The notes below the pieces were generated by a model. It had not been told where the DNA came from. It saw nothing but the letters and a program-made list of their open reading frames with translations, and did no database searches. Below are positions 33,229 through 41,663 of a stretch of DNA of 64,000 nucleotides, in pieces; position 1 is the first letter of the stretch; every line of letters starts with the position of its first letter. The translations under genes were made by a program, and so were the position numbers. The DNA lies in the IMG/VR virus record IMGVR_UViG_3300029705_000100, positions 8,043 to 72,042 of that record. One strand, 5' to 3'. Source of the DNA: a virus (Duplodnaviria; Caudoviricetes).

Positions 33229-33766
33229 AGTCGTCCTCCATATCATCCGATTCACTGTCGATGAACAGGATTTCGACGCGAACGATATAGCCAAAAGCAT
33301 CGCGCTGGAAATAGCAGTCGTAGCAGCCGTCACCGTAACCGGAGCTGCTGACAGCGCCATAAGGAAGAACGCCTACCTGCTGTCTGGAGAGGGTGATCTG
33401 ACAGCAATGGTCATACCAAAGATCGGCATGCTCAGTGGGAGTGCAATCAGGGTCAATGATCCGGTCATCCCTGTAATGGCCGGCATCAAAGAAACCTGCC
33501 TGTCCGCTGTCAACGCCGACAGAAAAAGGCGCGTCCTCCATGAGCTCCGGAAGGGAATCCGCGCTTTCATGCTCTGCGATCAGCCGGGTGACATGAGGAT
33601 AGCTGGAATCACCGTCATAGACTGCAGAGGCATGCCATGTACCGTTGCGCACGGTTTCCAGCGAGTTGCAGCACCAGACGTCCTCTGCATAGCAGGGATC
33701 GGTGACAATCAGCCTTCCCGATACGACTTCAAAGGACCCGAGGTCAAATTTATCATCACTCGTCAT
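33212..33766 (-). CDS. DUF4241-family protein
   Basis: LGSFEVVSGRLIVTDPCY, VGVDSGQAGFFD, SSGYGDGCYDCY. Confidence 0.7.
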   Translation of the reverse strand: MTSDDKFDLGSFEVVSGRLIVTDPCYAEDVWCCNSLETVRNGTWHASAVYDGDSSYPHVTRLIAEHESADSLPELMEDAPFSVGVDSGQAGFFDAGHYRDDRIIDPDCTPTEHADLWYDHCCQITLSRQQVGVLPYGAVSSSGYGDGCYDCYFQRDAFGYIVRVEILFIDSESDDMEDDYEPEE

Positions 33767-33819
33767 GTGAGGTTCCTCCTGTGATTGGTTCGCATTACAC
33801 GCCGTTCCCCGCTTGCGCA

Positions 33820-33900
33820 GACTATACGAGTTTACGATATCGACGGAAGCTGAGCGGCAGCTTGGAGGCTGCCTCAGCCTCTCAAGCAAGGCTGAGCTGA
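33820..33900 (-). repeat. Dispersed degenerate copy of the RT-array unit (motif + hairpin)
   Basis: CTATACGAGTTTACGATA followed by hairpin GCTGAGCGGCAGC/GCTGCCTCAGC; intergenic. Confidence 0.55.
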
Positions 33901-33960
33901 TGGAGATTGCATGTCGGGGCATGGCGTGCTTATGTCCTGCGCCAGACTTTTTTGTATTGG

Positions 33961-34608
33961 TCAGGTATGGAAATCAAAGCTCATATATGGCCTGCCTTTC
34001 CGCTCTCCGCGGTGAAGAATCAGTCCGCCGTTATGTTCGCGGTTGCCGGACATGGAGTGAATCAGGTAGAAGCAATCCGGGAAATCGTTGTATGCGTAGA
34101 TCGTTTCACCATAGCGGCTTCTGATACGGTTGCGCAGCGCCTTGGACAGCGCACGGCGCTTATGGCGATCCATGCAGATACTGCGGACAGTACGGCTTGC
34201 GTTACTGAAGTCGAACTGCACCCGGCCTTCGTACTTAGACTGATGGGTGAAGATCGCGCCGCCCTTTGCATCCAGCATCAGCCTCTTCAGTTCATCCAGA
34301 GGTACATCAGCGTTCTGAGCGAAGCCCTGAAGCTGTCCTCCGTTGCCCTCGCACATCCAATAGAAGTGCAGCGAGACGATGCCCTCGTATACGGTGGCTC
34401 GGAGAAGATAGCTGCCATCCATTTCAAGGTGCTGACTATTCTCGCTGTCCAGCCATTCGATGAAGCGATGTCGATTCAGGTAGAAGTAGTGCTTGCCGTT
34501 GCTGTGGCGGGTGATGACGCGCAGAATGGTGCAGCAGCTGTCATGCGTTACCACGATACGGGCAGAGTTTTCGTAAAGCGGGCGATTACGCCATGTGGGT
34601 CTACTCAT
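33961..34608 (-). CDS. Hypothetical protein, C-terminus resembling DUF4120
   Basis: YNDFPDCFYL...NGGLILH. Confidence 0.5.
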   Translation of the reverse strand: MSRPTWRNRPLYENSARIVVTHDSCCTILRVITRHSNGKHYFYLNRHRFIEWLDSENSQHLEMDGSYLLRATVYEGIVSLHFYWMCEGNGGQLQGFAQNADVPLDELKRLMLDAKGGAIFTHQSKYEGRVQFDFSNASRTVRSICMDRHKRRALSKALRNRIRSRYGETIYAYNDFPDCFYLIHSMSGNREHNGGLILHRGERKGRPYMSFDFHT

Positions 34609-34657
34609 AACCGAAACCTCCTGAAAATGATGTTGCAGCGTGTCCGTCCGGCACGGA

Positions 34658-34770
34658 CTTCATGAGTTTACGATGGCTCCCAGTAGGATACCATCCGCGT
34701 TGCGGGCGGCGAGCGCGTTTCGCGATCTCCGCCCGCAGGCTGGAGGGGATCCATTGGGAAACTGATTGAC
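34658..34770 (-). repeat. Dispersed copy of the RT-array unit
   Basis: CTTCATGAGTTTACGATG followed by long interrupted hairpin with GCG-TTT-CGC apex; intergenic. Confidence 0.8.
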
Positions 34771-34826
34771 GGACCTGCCGCACTTGGGATGTGCCGCCCA
34801 TGACCTGCCTATCTCAAGTCATTCGG

Positions 34827-35741
34827 TCAGGCGTTGTAGCGATAAAGCTCCATGGCGCCGTTGGGGGAACGTCTGGCAGCGTCGGTCAGCAGACTCAGCG
34901 AACCGGCGCAGTCATTGCGATAGATACGCTTGTTTTCAAACATGATCGCGTTCTTGAGGGTGTAGAACGCGCCGGCGTTGACATAGGGCGTGATGAAGCT
35001 GTCAGGGAGGCATATACGATGGTTCAGTTCAAGAAAGTCGAAGCCTTCCAGCAGCTTATCCAGTTCTGCGAAGGTGAGGCAGGCGGAGGCGTCGGTGAGG
35101 AGCTTCGTGAAGCGGTATTTCATCGGACGGATGTTGTTGCGATCCACCTGACCGTAGTTGCGTACGTAGACCTTGGTATTCTTGCGATTGGCCTGTGCAA
35201 CAGCGTCGTCAATCTCCCGGTGTACAGCCTGCACATAGTCGGAAAGAATATTGATGATAGCGTTCATGGAGAAGAACATGCTGCGCTCAGCAAACGCAGT
35301 TCTGTCATGGCGCTCCAGATTGGCCAGCTTGTGTGCTTCCTTCCGGATCTGCTCAATGGCATACTTCCAGTCATAGGCACGGGCGACGGCGTCGCGGACG
35401 CCGTCAATACCGTGACGGGTGACCAGCCGGTGGAACTGCGCGGCGATGAAGCGGCGGTGGATGTAGGGATTGAACACATGGCCGTCGGCCATCATCTGGC
35501 CATAGAACTGGCTGTTCTTGCCGAAGATGCGGTCGTCATCGTCGTTCAGGTTGAGCGTGAACAGCTCGCCGGTCTGCTTGTCGCGGATCTGAATGGTCAA
35601 CTCAGCGCCCTCGGGGATCAGCGACTGGTGCAGACGCAGGGACAGGAAGCCCTCGGTATCAACTCCGGCCTTGTGGAGCTGGGCGGCCATGTCGGGACGG
35701 CGGGTACGGGAAGCGGTGTGATGGACGTGGTTCTTAGTCAT
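34827..35741 (-). CDS. Hypothetical protein (304 aa), candidate RT-system partner
   Basis: LHKAGVDTEGFLSL, DGHVFNPYIHRRFIAAQ, YVNAGAFYTLKNAIMFE; second gene after array. Confidence 0.7.
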   Translation of the reverse strand: MTKNHVHHTASRTRRPDMAAQLHKAGVDTEGFLSLRLHQSLIPEGAELTIQIRDKQTGELFTLNLNDDDDRIFGKNSQFYGQMMADGHVFNPYIHRRFIAAQFHRLVTRHGIDGVRDAVARAYDWKYAIEQIRKEAHKLANLERHDRTAFAERSMFFSMNAIINILSDYVQAVHREIDDAVAQANRKNTKVYVRNYGQVDRNNIRPMKYRFTKLLTDASACLTFAELDKLLEGFDFLELNHRICLPDSFITPYVNAGAFYTLKNAIMFENKRIYRNDCAGSLSLLTDAARRSPNGAMELYRYNA

Positions 35742-36228
35742 GGGGATTTTCCTCCTTCGTTTCGTTCAAGATCCAGTTGCGGTAGATGATGCAGTCAGGG
35801 TCGGTTCCGCGCCAAAAGAAATGGCCGGGGACGTGCCACGGGATGATCCCTTCACATGCGCCGAGGCAGATGAATGCTTCAAGGCGGATGCGGGCTTCGT
35901 GGCGGGGAATGTTGTTCTCCAGCTCCTGCATGGTAAGCCTGTCGCTGGAAAGCGCCTTGAAAGGACCTTTGTTGAGGCTTTCCTGCTTGGAGGGGACGCT
36001 GTGCTTGTACTGTGCGTACAGGCGTTCAATCTCCTGATAGGGATCACCCTCAAAGCGGATGAAGCCGTCAAAGGTTCCGGTACCGGCAAGAATTTCGCCA
36101 TTTCGGACGAGTACCTTATTGCCGATAGAAATATAACGGCGGTCGAGATGGATAGTGATGGGCTCGTAGGGCTTGTCTCCGAAGGAGAATCCCTCGCATG
36201 TGTCGATGAGGTGTTCATAGATGGTCAT
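35734..36228 (-). CDS. Hypothetical protein (164 aa), candidate RT-system partner
   Basis: First gene after array; IERLYAQYKHSVPS, WRGTDPDCIIYRNWI. Confidence 0.7.
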   Translation of the reverse strand: MTIYEHLIDTCEGFSFGDKPYEPITIHLDRRYISIGNKVLVRNGEILAGTGTFDGFIRFEGDPYQEIERLYAQYKHSVPSKQESLNKGPFKALSSDRLTMQELENNIPRHEARIRLEAFICLGACEGIIPWHVPGHFFWRGTDPDCIIYRNWILNETKEENPHD

Positions 36229-36271
36229 GGTTTCCTTCCTTTCTGCGCAGACTTGCAATCCCGGCACATAG

Positions 36272-37571
36272 CTTCATGGGTTTACGGTAGAGAGAAGACG
36301 CGGATGTCGTCGGGCATCCCGACGACATAGGGTCTTCTGAACGTTGAGAACTGCCGATCTGCGCTCATGTGTGCAGCTGTATTTCTGTTCGGACAGCAAA
36401 TCCACCCGGCACAAACTTCATTGGTTTACGATGGAACGCCGGCCGCCCGGGCTGGAGCGGCCGAGGTTTCCGAAGTGCGGCGCAAGCCCGGGCGGCCGGC
36501 GTCACCTGTTGTGCGGATTCATCTGCCCGTTGCCTGTGCTGGCATGGGGGTTGCTCAGACTGTCCTGCGCATGACTTCATAGGTTTACGATGCAGGAACG
36601 GTCATCTCATCGGCCTGAAGAAAGGCTTCCGCGCTTCAGGCGATGAGATAACGGTTCCTCCTGAGAACAACAGTCATTGCATCCCGATCACTGCGCGGGT
36701 GATCCCGTTGGCGTCTCATATCCTCCTGCACAAGTCTTCATCGGTTTACGATGGCGTGCAGGTATCTTCGAGCTGAAGGGAAGGTTTCCGAAGTGCGCAG
36801 CTCGAGGATACCTGCATGTCTGGATAAAGGATCATTGACGCCTGTCCCTGTGCTGGGAGTGCATCGGGGTTCCTGTTTCGTGCGTACTTCAACGATTTAC
36901 GATGAAGCCTGCAGCGCCTGGCGCGAGAAGGCTTCCTGATCGCGCCTGGCGCTGCAGGCAGCTGAATGTGCAGGCGTCCCGATGCGGCATTGCACCATGC
37001 TGATAATCCCGGCGTCATTCCTGCCCGGCGCATGCTTCAAAGGTTTACGATGAACTGAAGGCAGGATCGAAGTCTCCAGCAGGTATGCTGGGGCGCACGA
37101 TCCGCCTTCAGATCTGCGTTGCAGGACTGAGCGCCGATCGGCTGCGCTGCCGAAACCTCCTTTCACAGATATTGGGCTTGGTGCAGCGGTCATGGAGTCC
37201 GGTCTAAACTGTATGGATTTACGATGATACCCACGAGGTGGCCATAACGCGGTATCCGTGGAATTGGCCTCCTCGTGGATAGATGAATTGCTCCTCTTCC
37301 TGCTGCGTGACAGACTTCACAGGTGGCTTTGCTTGAAACATTGGCCCGATACTTCATGGATTTACGATGAATCCAGGATCCGGAGGGGTGGAAACGTTTC
37401 GTTGAAATCGCCTCTGGATCCTGGAGTATGATGCTGTACCCTGCAAAGCCAGCGCCGGGCAGCGCAGATGGATGACAGCCCGAAGGAACGGCCTGTTATT
37501 GCATGGATTTACGATGGGGCAGCGCGCGACACGGTCCTGAGTGTTTCATGAGCGGACCTGACGCGCGCTGC
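36272..37571 (-). ncRNA. RT-associated structured repeat array: nine units of an 18-nt motif plus a unique long hairpin
   Basis: Motif (+ strand) CTTCAWNRRTTTACGATG; TTTACG cores at 36281, 36425, 36584, 36745, 36896, 37044, 37218, 37361, 37508 (spacing 143-174). Each is abutted by a different ~45-70 nt inverted repeat. No credible CDS; ncRNA status is inferred. Confidence 0.85.
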
Positions 37572-37620
37572 TTACTGCGTTTTCCTTCCAACTGTCAGTT
37601 ACGCAGGCGGCGTAATGTGC

Positions 37621-38916
37621 TCAGGCCATATGCATCCGCACCTCATTGCGGTACAGGGATGCGCTGATGCGGCGGAGCTTCCACAGATGCACCATGGACA
37701 CATAGCCGCAGCGCCTGAGCATATCGTTGGGCACCTTGTGGTAGTTGGAGCAGGAATTCCACTTGCCGGTGTACACATGCCGGATGTGATCCTTCACGAA
37801 CTCGTCCAGCATACGCACATCTGCTTCGGTGGTGACTGTCCCGAGGAAATACTCACCCCAGCCAAATTCCCGGTCATTCTGCAGATGCGCCACATACAGC
37901 TTGTGATTGATCTGGCGGATGATGCGGCGCAGAACGTCTTCGCTTCGCTTGTCCTGTCCCTTGCGGGTCTTGGTCATGCGGCGGATATCTTTCTTGACGC
38001 GGTTCATGCTGGACTTGGAGAAGGTGATGTCCCTGCCGCAGATATCGAAGCCGAGAAAGGTGAAGTTGGTATCGGCGTCGATGGGCGTGACCTTCTTGGG
38101 GTTGATCGTCAGTCCTTTGGAGGCAAGACCTTCGTACAGGATGGTTTTCGCCTTTTCAAAGTCAGGACCCAAAAGGAGAATGTCGTCCGAGTAGCGGTAG
38201 TAGACCACATCCAGCTTCGTGATGGCTTCGTCAATGTCCCGGAGAAGATAGTTGGCGAGGAAGGGCGAGACGGCAAAGCCCTGCGCGATGCCCTTGTACA
38301 CCCTCTGCACCTGACCATGCTCGTCCAGAATCACATCGTCGTGGAGGTAATCCCATACGATGCGGTCGATGCAGCTGCCGGTGTCCAGTTCCCGGAGCGC
38401 CTGATCCAGCGAATCCCGGGAGATTTCATCGAAATAGTGATGAATGTCGAACTTCGCGCCCTTGAGCCCCGGATGGGTGGCGAGATAGTTGGAGATTCTG
38501 CGGACGATGTGCGGAACGCCTACGCCCTTCTGATAGGAAACGCAGCAGGGGTGGATGCGATCCTGATACATACGGGTGTAAACGCTGCCCAGCTGAGTGC
38601 AGATGACGCGGTCCATGGGGTTGTTGCAGTACACCTTGCGCATTTCCGTAGAGTCCGGCTTGGAAATCAGGATGATGTGCGGCGGCGCAATTCTGTACTT
38701 GCCCGCCAGCATGAGCTTGGCCAGCTGGATGCGGAATTCCGGTTCGGTAAACTGCCGCACCTCGGGAATGGCGATGCCCTTCATGACGCAGTGGTCAATG
38801 GTCATCTGAAGGGTATCCTTGTCCATGAACAGGGCCAGCTTGTCGTCGATCTCCTTCAGGTCGGGCTGCGGATTGGAGGAGAAGAAGTGCTCATTCATTG
38901 CGTCAAGTCCTTTCAT
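37621..38916 (-). CDS. Stand-alone reverse transcriptase (431 aa, YSDD), not within an intron
   Basis: GKYRIAPPHIILISKPD, DRVI, SYQKG, KFDIHHYFD, GIAQGFAVSPFLAN, YYRYSDDI, FTFLGF; thumb/X-like tail; no DV/DVI downstream. Confidence 0.95.
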   Translation of the reverse strand: MKGLDAMNEHFFSSNPQPDLKEIDDKLALFMDKDTLQMTIDHCVMKGIAIPEVRQFTEPEFRIQLAKLMLAGKYRIAPPHIILISKPDSTEMRKVYCNNPMDRVICTQLGSVYTRMYQDRIHPCCVSYQKGVGVPHIVRRISNYLATHPGLKGAKFDIHHYFDEISRDSLDQALRELDTGSCIDRIVWDYLHDDVILDEHGQVQRVYKGIAQGFAVSPFLANYLLRDIDEAITKLDVVYYRYSDDILLLGPDFEKAKTILYEGLASKGLTINPKKVTPIDADTNFTFLGFDICGRDITFSKSSMNRVKKDIRRMTKTRKGQDKRSEDVLRRIIRQINHKLYVAHLQNDREFGWGEYFLGTVTTEADVRMLDEFVKDHIRHVYTGKWNSCSNYHKVPNDMLRRCGYVSMVHLWKLRRISASLYRNEVRMHMA

Positions 38917-39205
38917 CGGATTTGGCAGTCAGATTCAGTTCCAGCGGACATTCGCCGCCGAAATGGATACCTGCGTAGAAGTAGCGCCCGGATACGGAGA
39001 CGAAGGTCAGGAACTGGGCGCGCCACTTGCCGTTTTCATCCTCGGCGTGGTTGTGCGGTTCTCCCATCTGGAAGCCGCAGTAGCGGGACCTTCGCAGATA
39101 GATGGGCGGCATGCAGTTGAACATGCCCTCATAAACCTCTTCGGAAACCTCGGTGCCGGGAGCGACCTCCTCCCAGCATTCAGGCCAGTTGTCGTGGGTA
39201 ATCAT
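38903..39205 (-). CDS. DUF1419-like small protein overlapping the RT start
   Basis: VSEEVYEGMFNCMPP...FQMGEP...FLTF. Confidence 0.55.
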   Translation of the reverse strand: MITHDNWPECWEEVAPGTEVSEEVYEGMFNCMPPIYLRRSRYCGFQMGEPHNHAEDENGKWRAQFLTFVSVSGRYFYAGIHFGGECPLELNLTAKSDERT

Positions 39206-39408
39206 TTTGTGGCTCCTTTCTCTGCGCTGATCTTCTCAACGTAAGGTGCGAGAATCGTCTGTGTACGGACGGTATCGACATACGGCGTGTAATTGAGCAG
39301 GTTCAATTCACACGCCGCTTCTTCGATGGTCATTTTGTGGCTCACAATGTCCATAGCGATGCTTTCAAGGATGTTAGGAATGTTGTAACGCTTTTCTGCC
39401 ATGCTCAC
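39202..39408 (-). CDS. Small hypothetical protein
   Basis: Overlapping operon position, GAGG RBS. Confidence 0.55.
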   Translation of the reverse strand: MSMAEKRYNIPNILESIAMDIVSHKMTIEEAACELNLLNYTPYVDTVRTQTILAPYVEKISAEKGATK

Positions 39409-39415
39409 ACCTCCG

Positions 39416-41386
39416 TCATGCGGTCAGAAGCGCCATTGCCTGTGTTTCGATGATGTAGTCGCCGGGCGATTCCATGATCGCGTCGTATGCCTCGCGTCCC
39501 TGAAATTCATCGACAATGCGGCGGCTTTCCTCGTCCATTTCCTCATAATGAACCTTGCCGTAGGTGGGCGGGAGCCATGCACGCTGGCGTCCGACATAGA
39601 TATTCAGCCTGTCCACGATCTTCCGGTCACGGAAGCGGACGTGGCAGGTTCCCTTCTTGTAGAAGGTAACGTCGAAGTATTTACAGTGGATGTTGCCGGT
39701 CTGACCGGCGCGTTCTGCTTCCTGCAGGCGATACATGAGGTTGCAGCTCCATGTTTCGCCCCTGTCGAGGTAATCGAGCGCCTTTTCAAGGTCATCCAGC
39801 ACGCCGAAGCAGCTGTGCGTGTCCAGTCCTTCCAGCGTATCCTTGTAGCGGCCATATTTGTCACGCTTATATCCTCGGGCGAAGCAGCCGTAGGTCGGGA
39901 TGACGCACTTGATGTTTACGCAATGGGCTTTGTTGGACTTCCAGCCGTTGTAGTAGTGGACATTGTCGTTCTGAATGTCCGCGTTGTAGGTGTGCTCGGC
40001 GGAGAGCTTGTCGAAGCACTTGATGATGGCTTCCTCAACGCCGACAACGATCTGTCCGCGAATCTGGTCGAGCACCTGCTGGATGTTGAAACGGGAGAAC
40101 TCATAGTCCCGCATCCGGTCGATGGTCGAGTGGTATTCGTCGCGCATGGCGGAGGTCATGCGATCACGAAGATCGGGCAGATCGAAAAGTTCTGTCCAGT
40201 ATCGACTGCGGACCGAGCGAAGGAAGCGGTTGACGTCATCAGCGCTGCATTCGTTGTCGCAATCATGACCGGAAACCTGAAGGGTGATGATGGGCTTGCT
40301 GTACTTGCTGGTACGGCTGTTTTGAATGTGCGGAGCGACGCCGTTATACTTCCGCATGAGGGAGATGCCAGCTTCGCACAGAAGTGCGTATTCCAGCAGC
40401 AGGCGGTCAATGTCGTTGGCGGGAGCCAGTTCCTGCGGTGATTCGCTCTCAAAATACACATCCTGCGCTTTTTTCAGCTCGTCCCATATGGAGGTATCTG
40501 CGGACGACGCCGGAATGGTCAGATTGATGAGCGCCACATCCACCCTTGCCTGCCTTGGAGCATGAGCAAAGGCGTCGTTGACGAAGCGGATTGTTGCTCC
40601 GTATCGCTTCAATTCCTTCGCCAGCGCCATGCGGCTGCCGGTGTATGGATTGCGGATGGTTTCCGCATTGAGGATGCAGGCGATCTGTCCGCCATTTGCG
40701 CATAGTTCAATGGCATGGAGCAGATGACGGTCGCCATGAGAGAAGGGCGGGTTCATGAGAATCAGGCTGTACCGCTTGCGGGTGAAGTAATCGAGAAAAT
40801 CGTCATGCACCACGCGGTAGCCCTTGCCTGTCAGGATGGCGCGCAGATTTGGATCAAGCTCTATACAGTCCACATCATCAAGGGTTCGGCCGCTGTAATA
40901 GCTCTTTTTGCGGTAGCTGTTACTGCGCTTCTGGGCGAAGTCGATCAGATTGCCCATACCGGCGCTGGGCTCTAACACAGAATCCACCATGCCCCAATCC
41001 ACACCGGCCAGCAGCTGACCGGCCAGTGCGGATGGAGTCGGATAAAATTCGCTGTCTGCGGACGGGAGCAGATGAATCGGGCATGTCGTTTCCTGACGGT
41101 TCAGTTCCTGCTCGGCGAGATATTCCCGGGCAGGCTCCAGAAGGGCGGATTTGGCTTCGATCAGCGAGTCAAACCAGCCGACACGGGTGTACCTGTCCCA
41201 ATCTTTGGAAATGATGCGCACCATGGCTTCATAGGGCTTTTCGTAACGCATACGATAGGTGGAATGCTCAATCTTGCCGACAAGTTCGCCGCAAAGGAAG
41301 CAGTTCCAAGTTTTGCAGACCCCATTGGTTCCGTTGTGAATGCGCGGATCGTCCAGCATCACATGATTGCGGAAGTATTCGCTCAT
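39416..41386 (-). CDS. N6-adenine DNA methyltransferase fused to DUF4942-like domain
   Basis: FYPTP, VLEPSAGMGN, ILMNPPF, C-terminal GWKSNKAH...FDVTFYKKGTCHVRF. Confidence 0.85.
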   Translation of the reverse strand: MSEYFRNHVMLDDPRIHNGTNGVCKTWNCFLCGELVGKIEHSTYRMRYEKPYEAMVRIISKDWDRYTRVGWFDSLIEAKSALLEPAREYLAEQELNRQETTCPIHLLPSADSEFYPTPSALAGQLLAGVDWGMVDSVLEPSAGMGNLIDFAQKRSNSYRKKSYYSGRTLDDVDCIELDPNLRAILTGKGYRVVHDDFLDYFTRKRYSLILMNPPFSHGDRHLLHAIELCANGGQIACILNAETIRNPYTGSRMALAKELKRYGATIRFVNDAFAHAPRQARVDVALINLTIPASSADTSIWDELKKAQDVYFESESPQELAPANDIDRLLLEYALLCEAGISLMRKYNGVAPHIQNSRTSKYSKPIITLQVSGHDCDNECSADDVNRFLRSVRSRYWTELFDLPDLRDRMTSAMRDEYHSTIDRMRDYEFSRFNIQQVLDQIRGQIVVGVEEAIIKCFDKLSAEHTYNADIQNDNVHYYNGWKSNKAHCVNIKCVIPTYGCFARGYKRDKYGRYKDTLEGLDTHSCFGVLDDLEKALDYLDRGETWSCNLMYRLQEAERAGQTGNIHCKYFDVTFYKKGTCHVRFRDRKIVDRLNIYVGRQRAWLPPTYGKVHYEEMDEESRRIVDEFQGREAYDAIMESPGDYIIETQAMALLTA

Positions 41387-41649
41387 ACGACCACCTCGCA
41401 TTCTGCGCACCGAGGACTGAGTACCATCAGCGGCTTGCCCAACTGTTTGGCGAAGTCGTCTGCGGCTTCCTTTCCGGACATGAGAGCAATCACACGATAG
41501 CAGAGGGAGTTCAGCTCGTCCTCGGTGATCTTACGCCATTTCCAGAGCCAGTCGATCGTGGTGCAGCACCAGTGAGCGTCCAGTCCGGTGTATTTGCCCT
41601 GCTCCAGCTTGTCGAGGGTGTCCAGCAGGAGTTTGTGTCTGTGCAGCAT
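41383..41649 (-). CDS. Small hypothetical protein
   Basis: GAGAGGAGG RBS; WCCTTIDWLWKWRKI. Confidence 0.55.
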   Translation of the reverse strand: MLHRHKLLLDTLDKLEQGKYTGLDAHWCCTTIDWLWKWRKITEDELNSLCYRVIALMSGKEAADDFAKQLGKPLMVLSPRCAECEVVV

Positions 41650-41663
41650 ACCGATTCCTCCTC

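Noticed and set aside
34601-37193. Short ORFs over the array and dispersed unit (34601-34801 and several in 36344-37193)
   Set aside because: No RBS, mutually overlapping frames, and they coincide with inverted repeats better explained as RNA/DNA structure.
36272-37571. CRISPR array
   Set aside because: The repeat is only ~18 nt and degenerate, intervening segments are 125-155 nt with obligatory long hairpins, and there are no cas genes in the window.
37621-38916. RT as a group II intron ORF or a diversity-generating retroelement
   Set aside because: No GUGYG/DV/DVI flanks, unlike the true intron at 9138-11054. I saw no Avd-like gene or adenine-mismatched TR/VR pair; a self-alignment of the full phage would settle the DGR question.
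15887-39120. Long opposite-strand ORFs in the track (e.g. 15887-17047+, 19812-20702+, 21324-22709+, 30139-31251+, 34791-35789+, 37615-39120+; also 56158-57333-, 61331-62530-)
   Set aside because: Antisense shadows of real GC-rich genes; no RBS or recognisable motifs.
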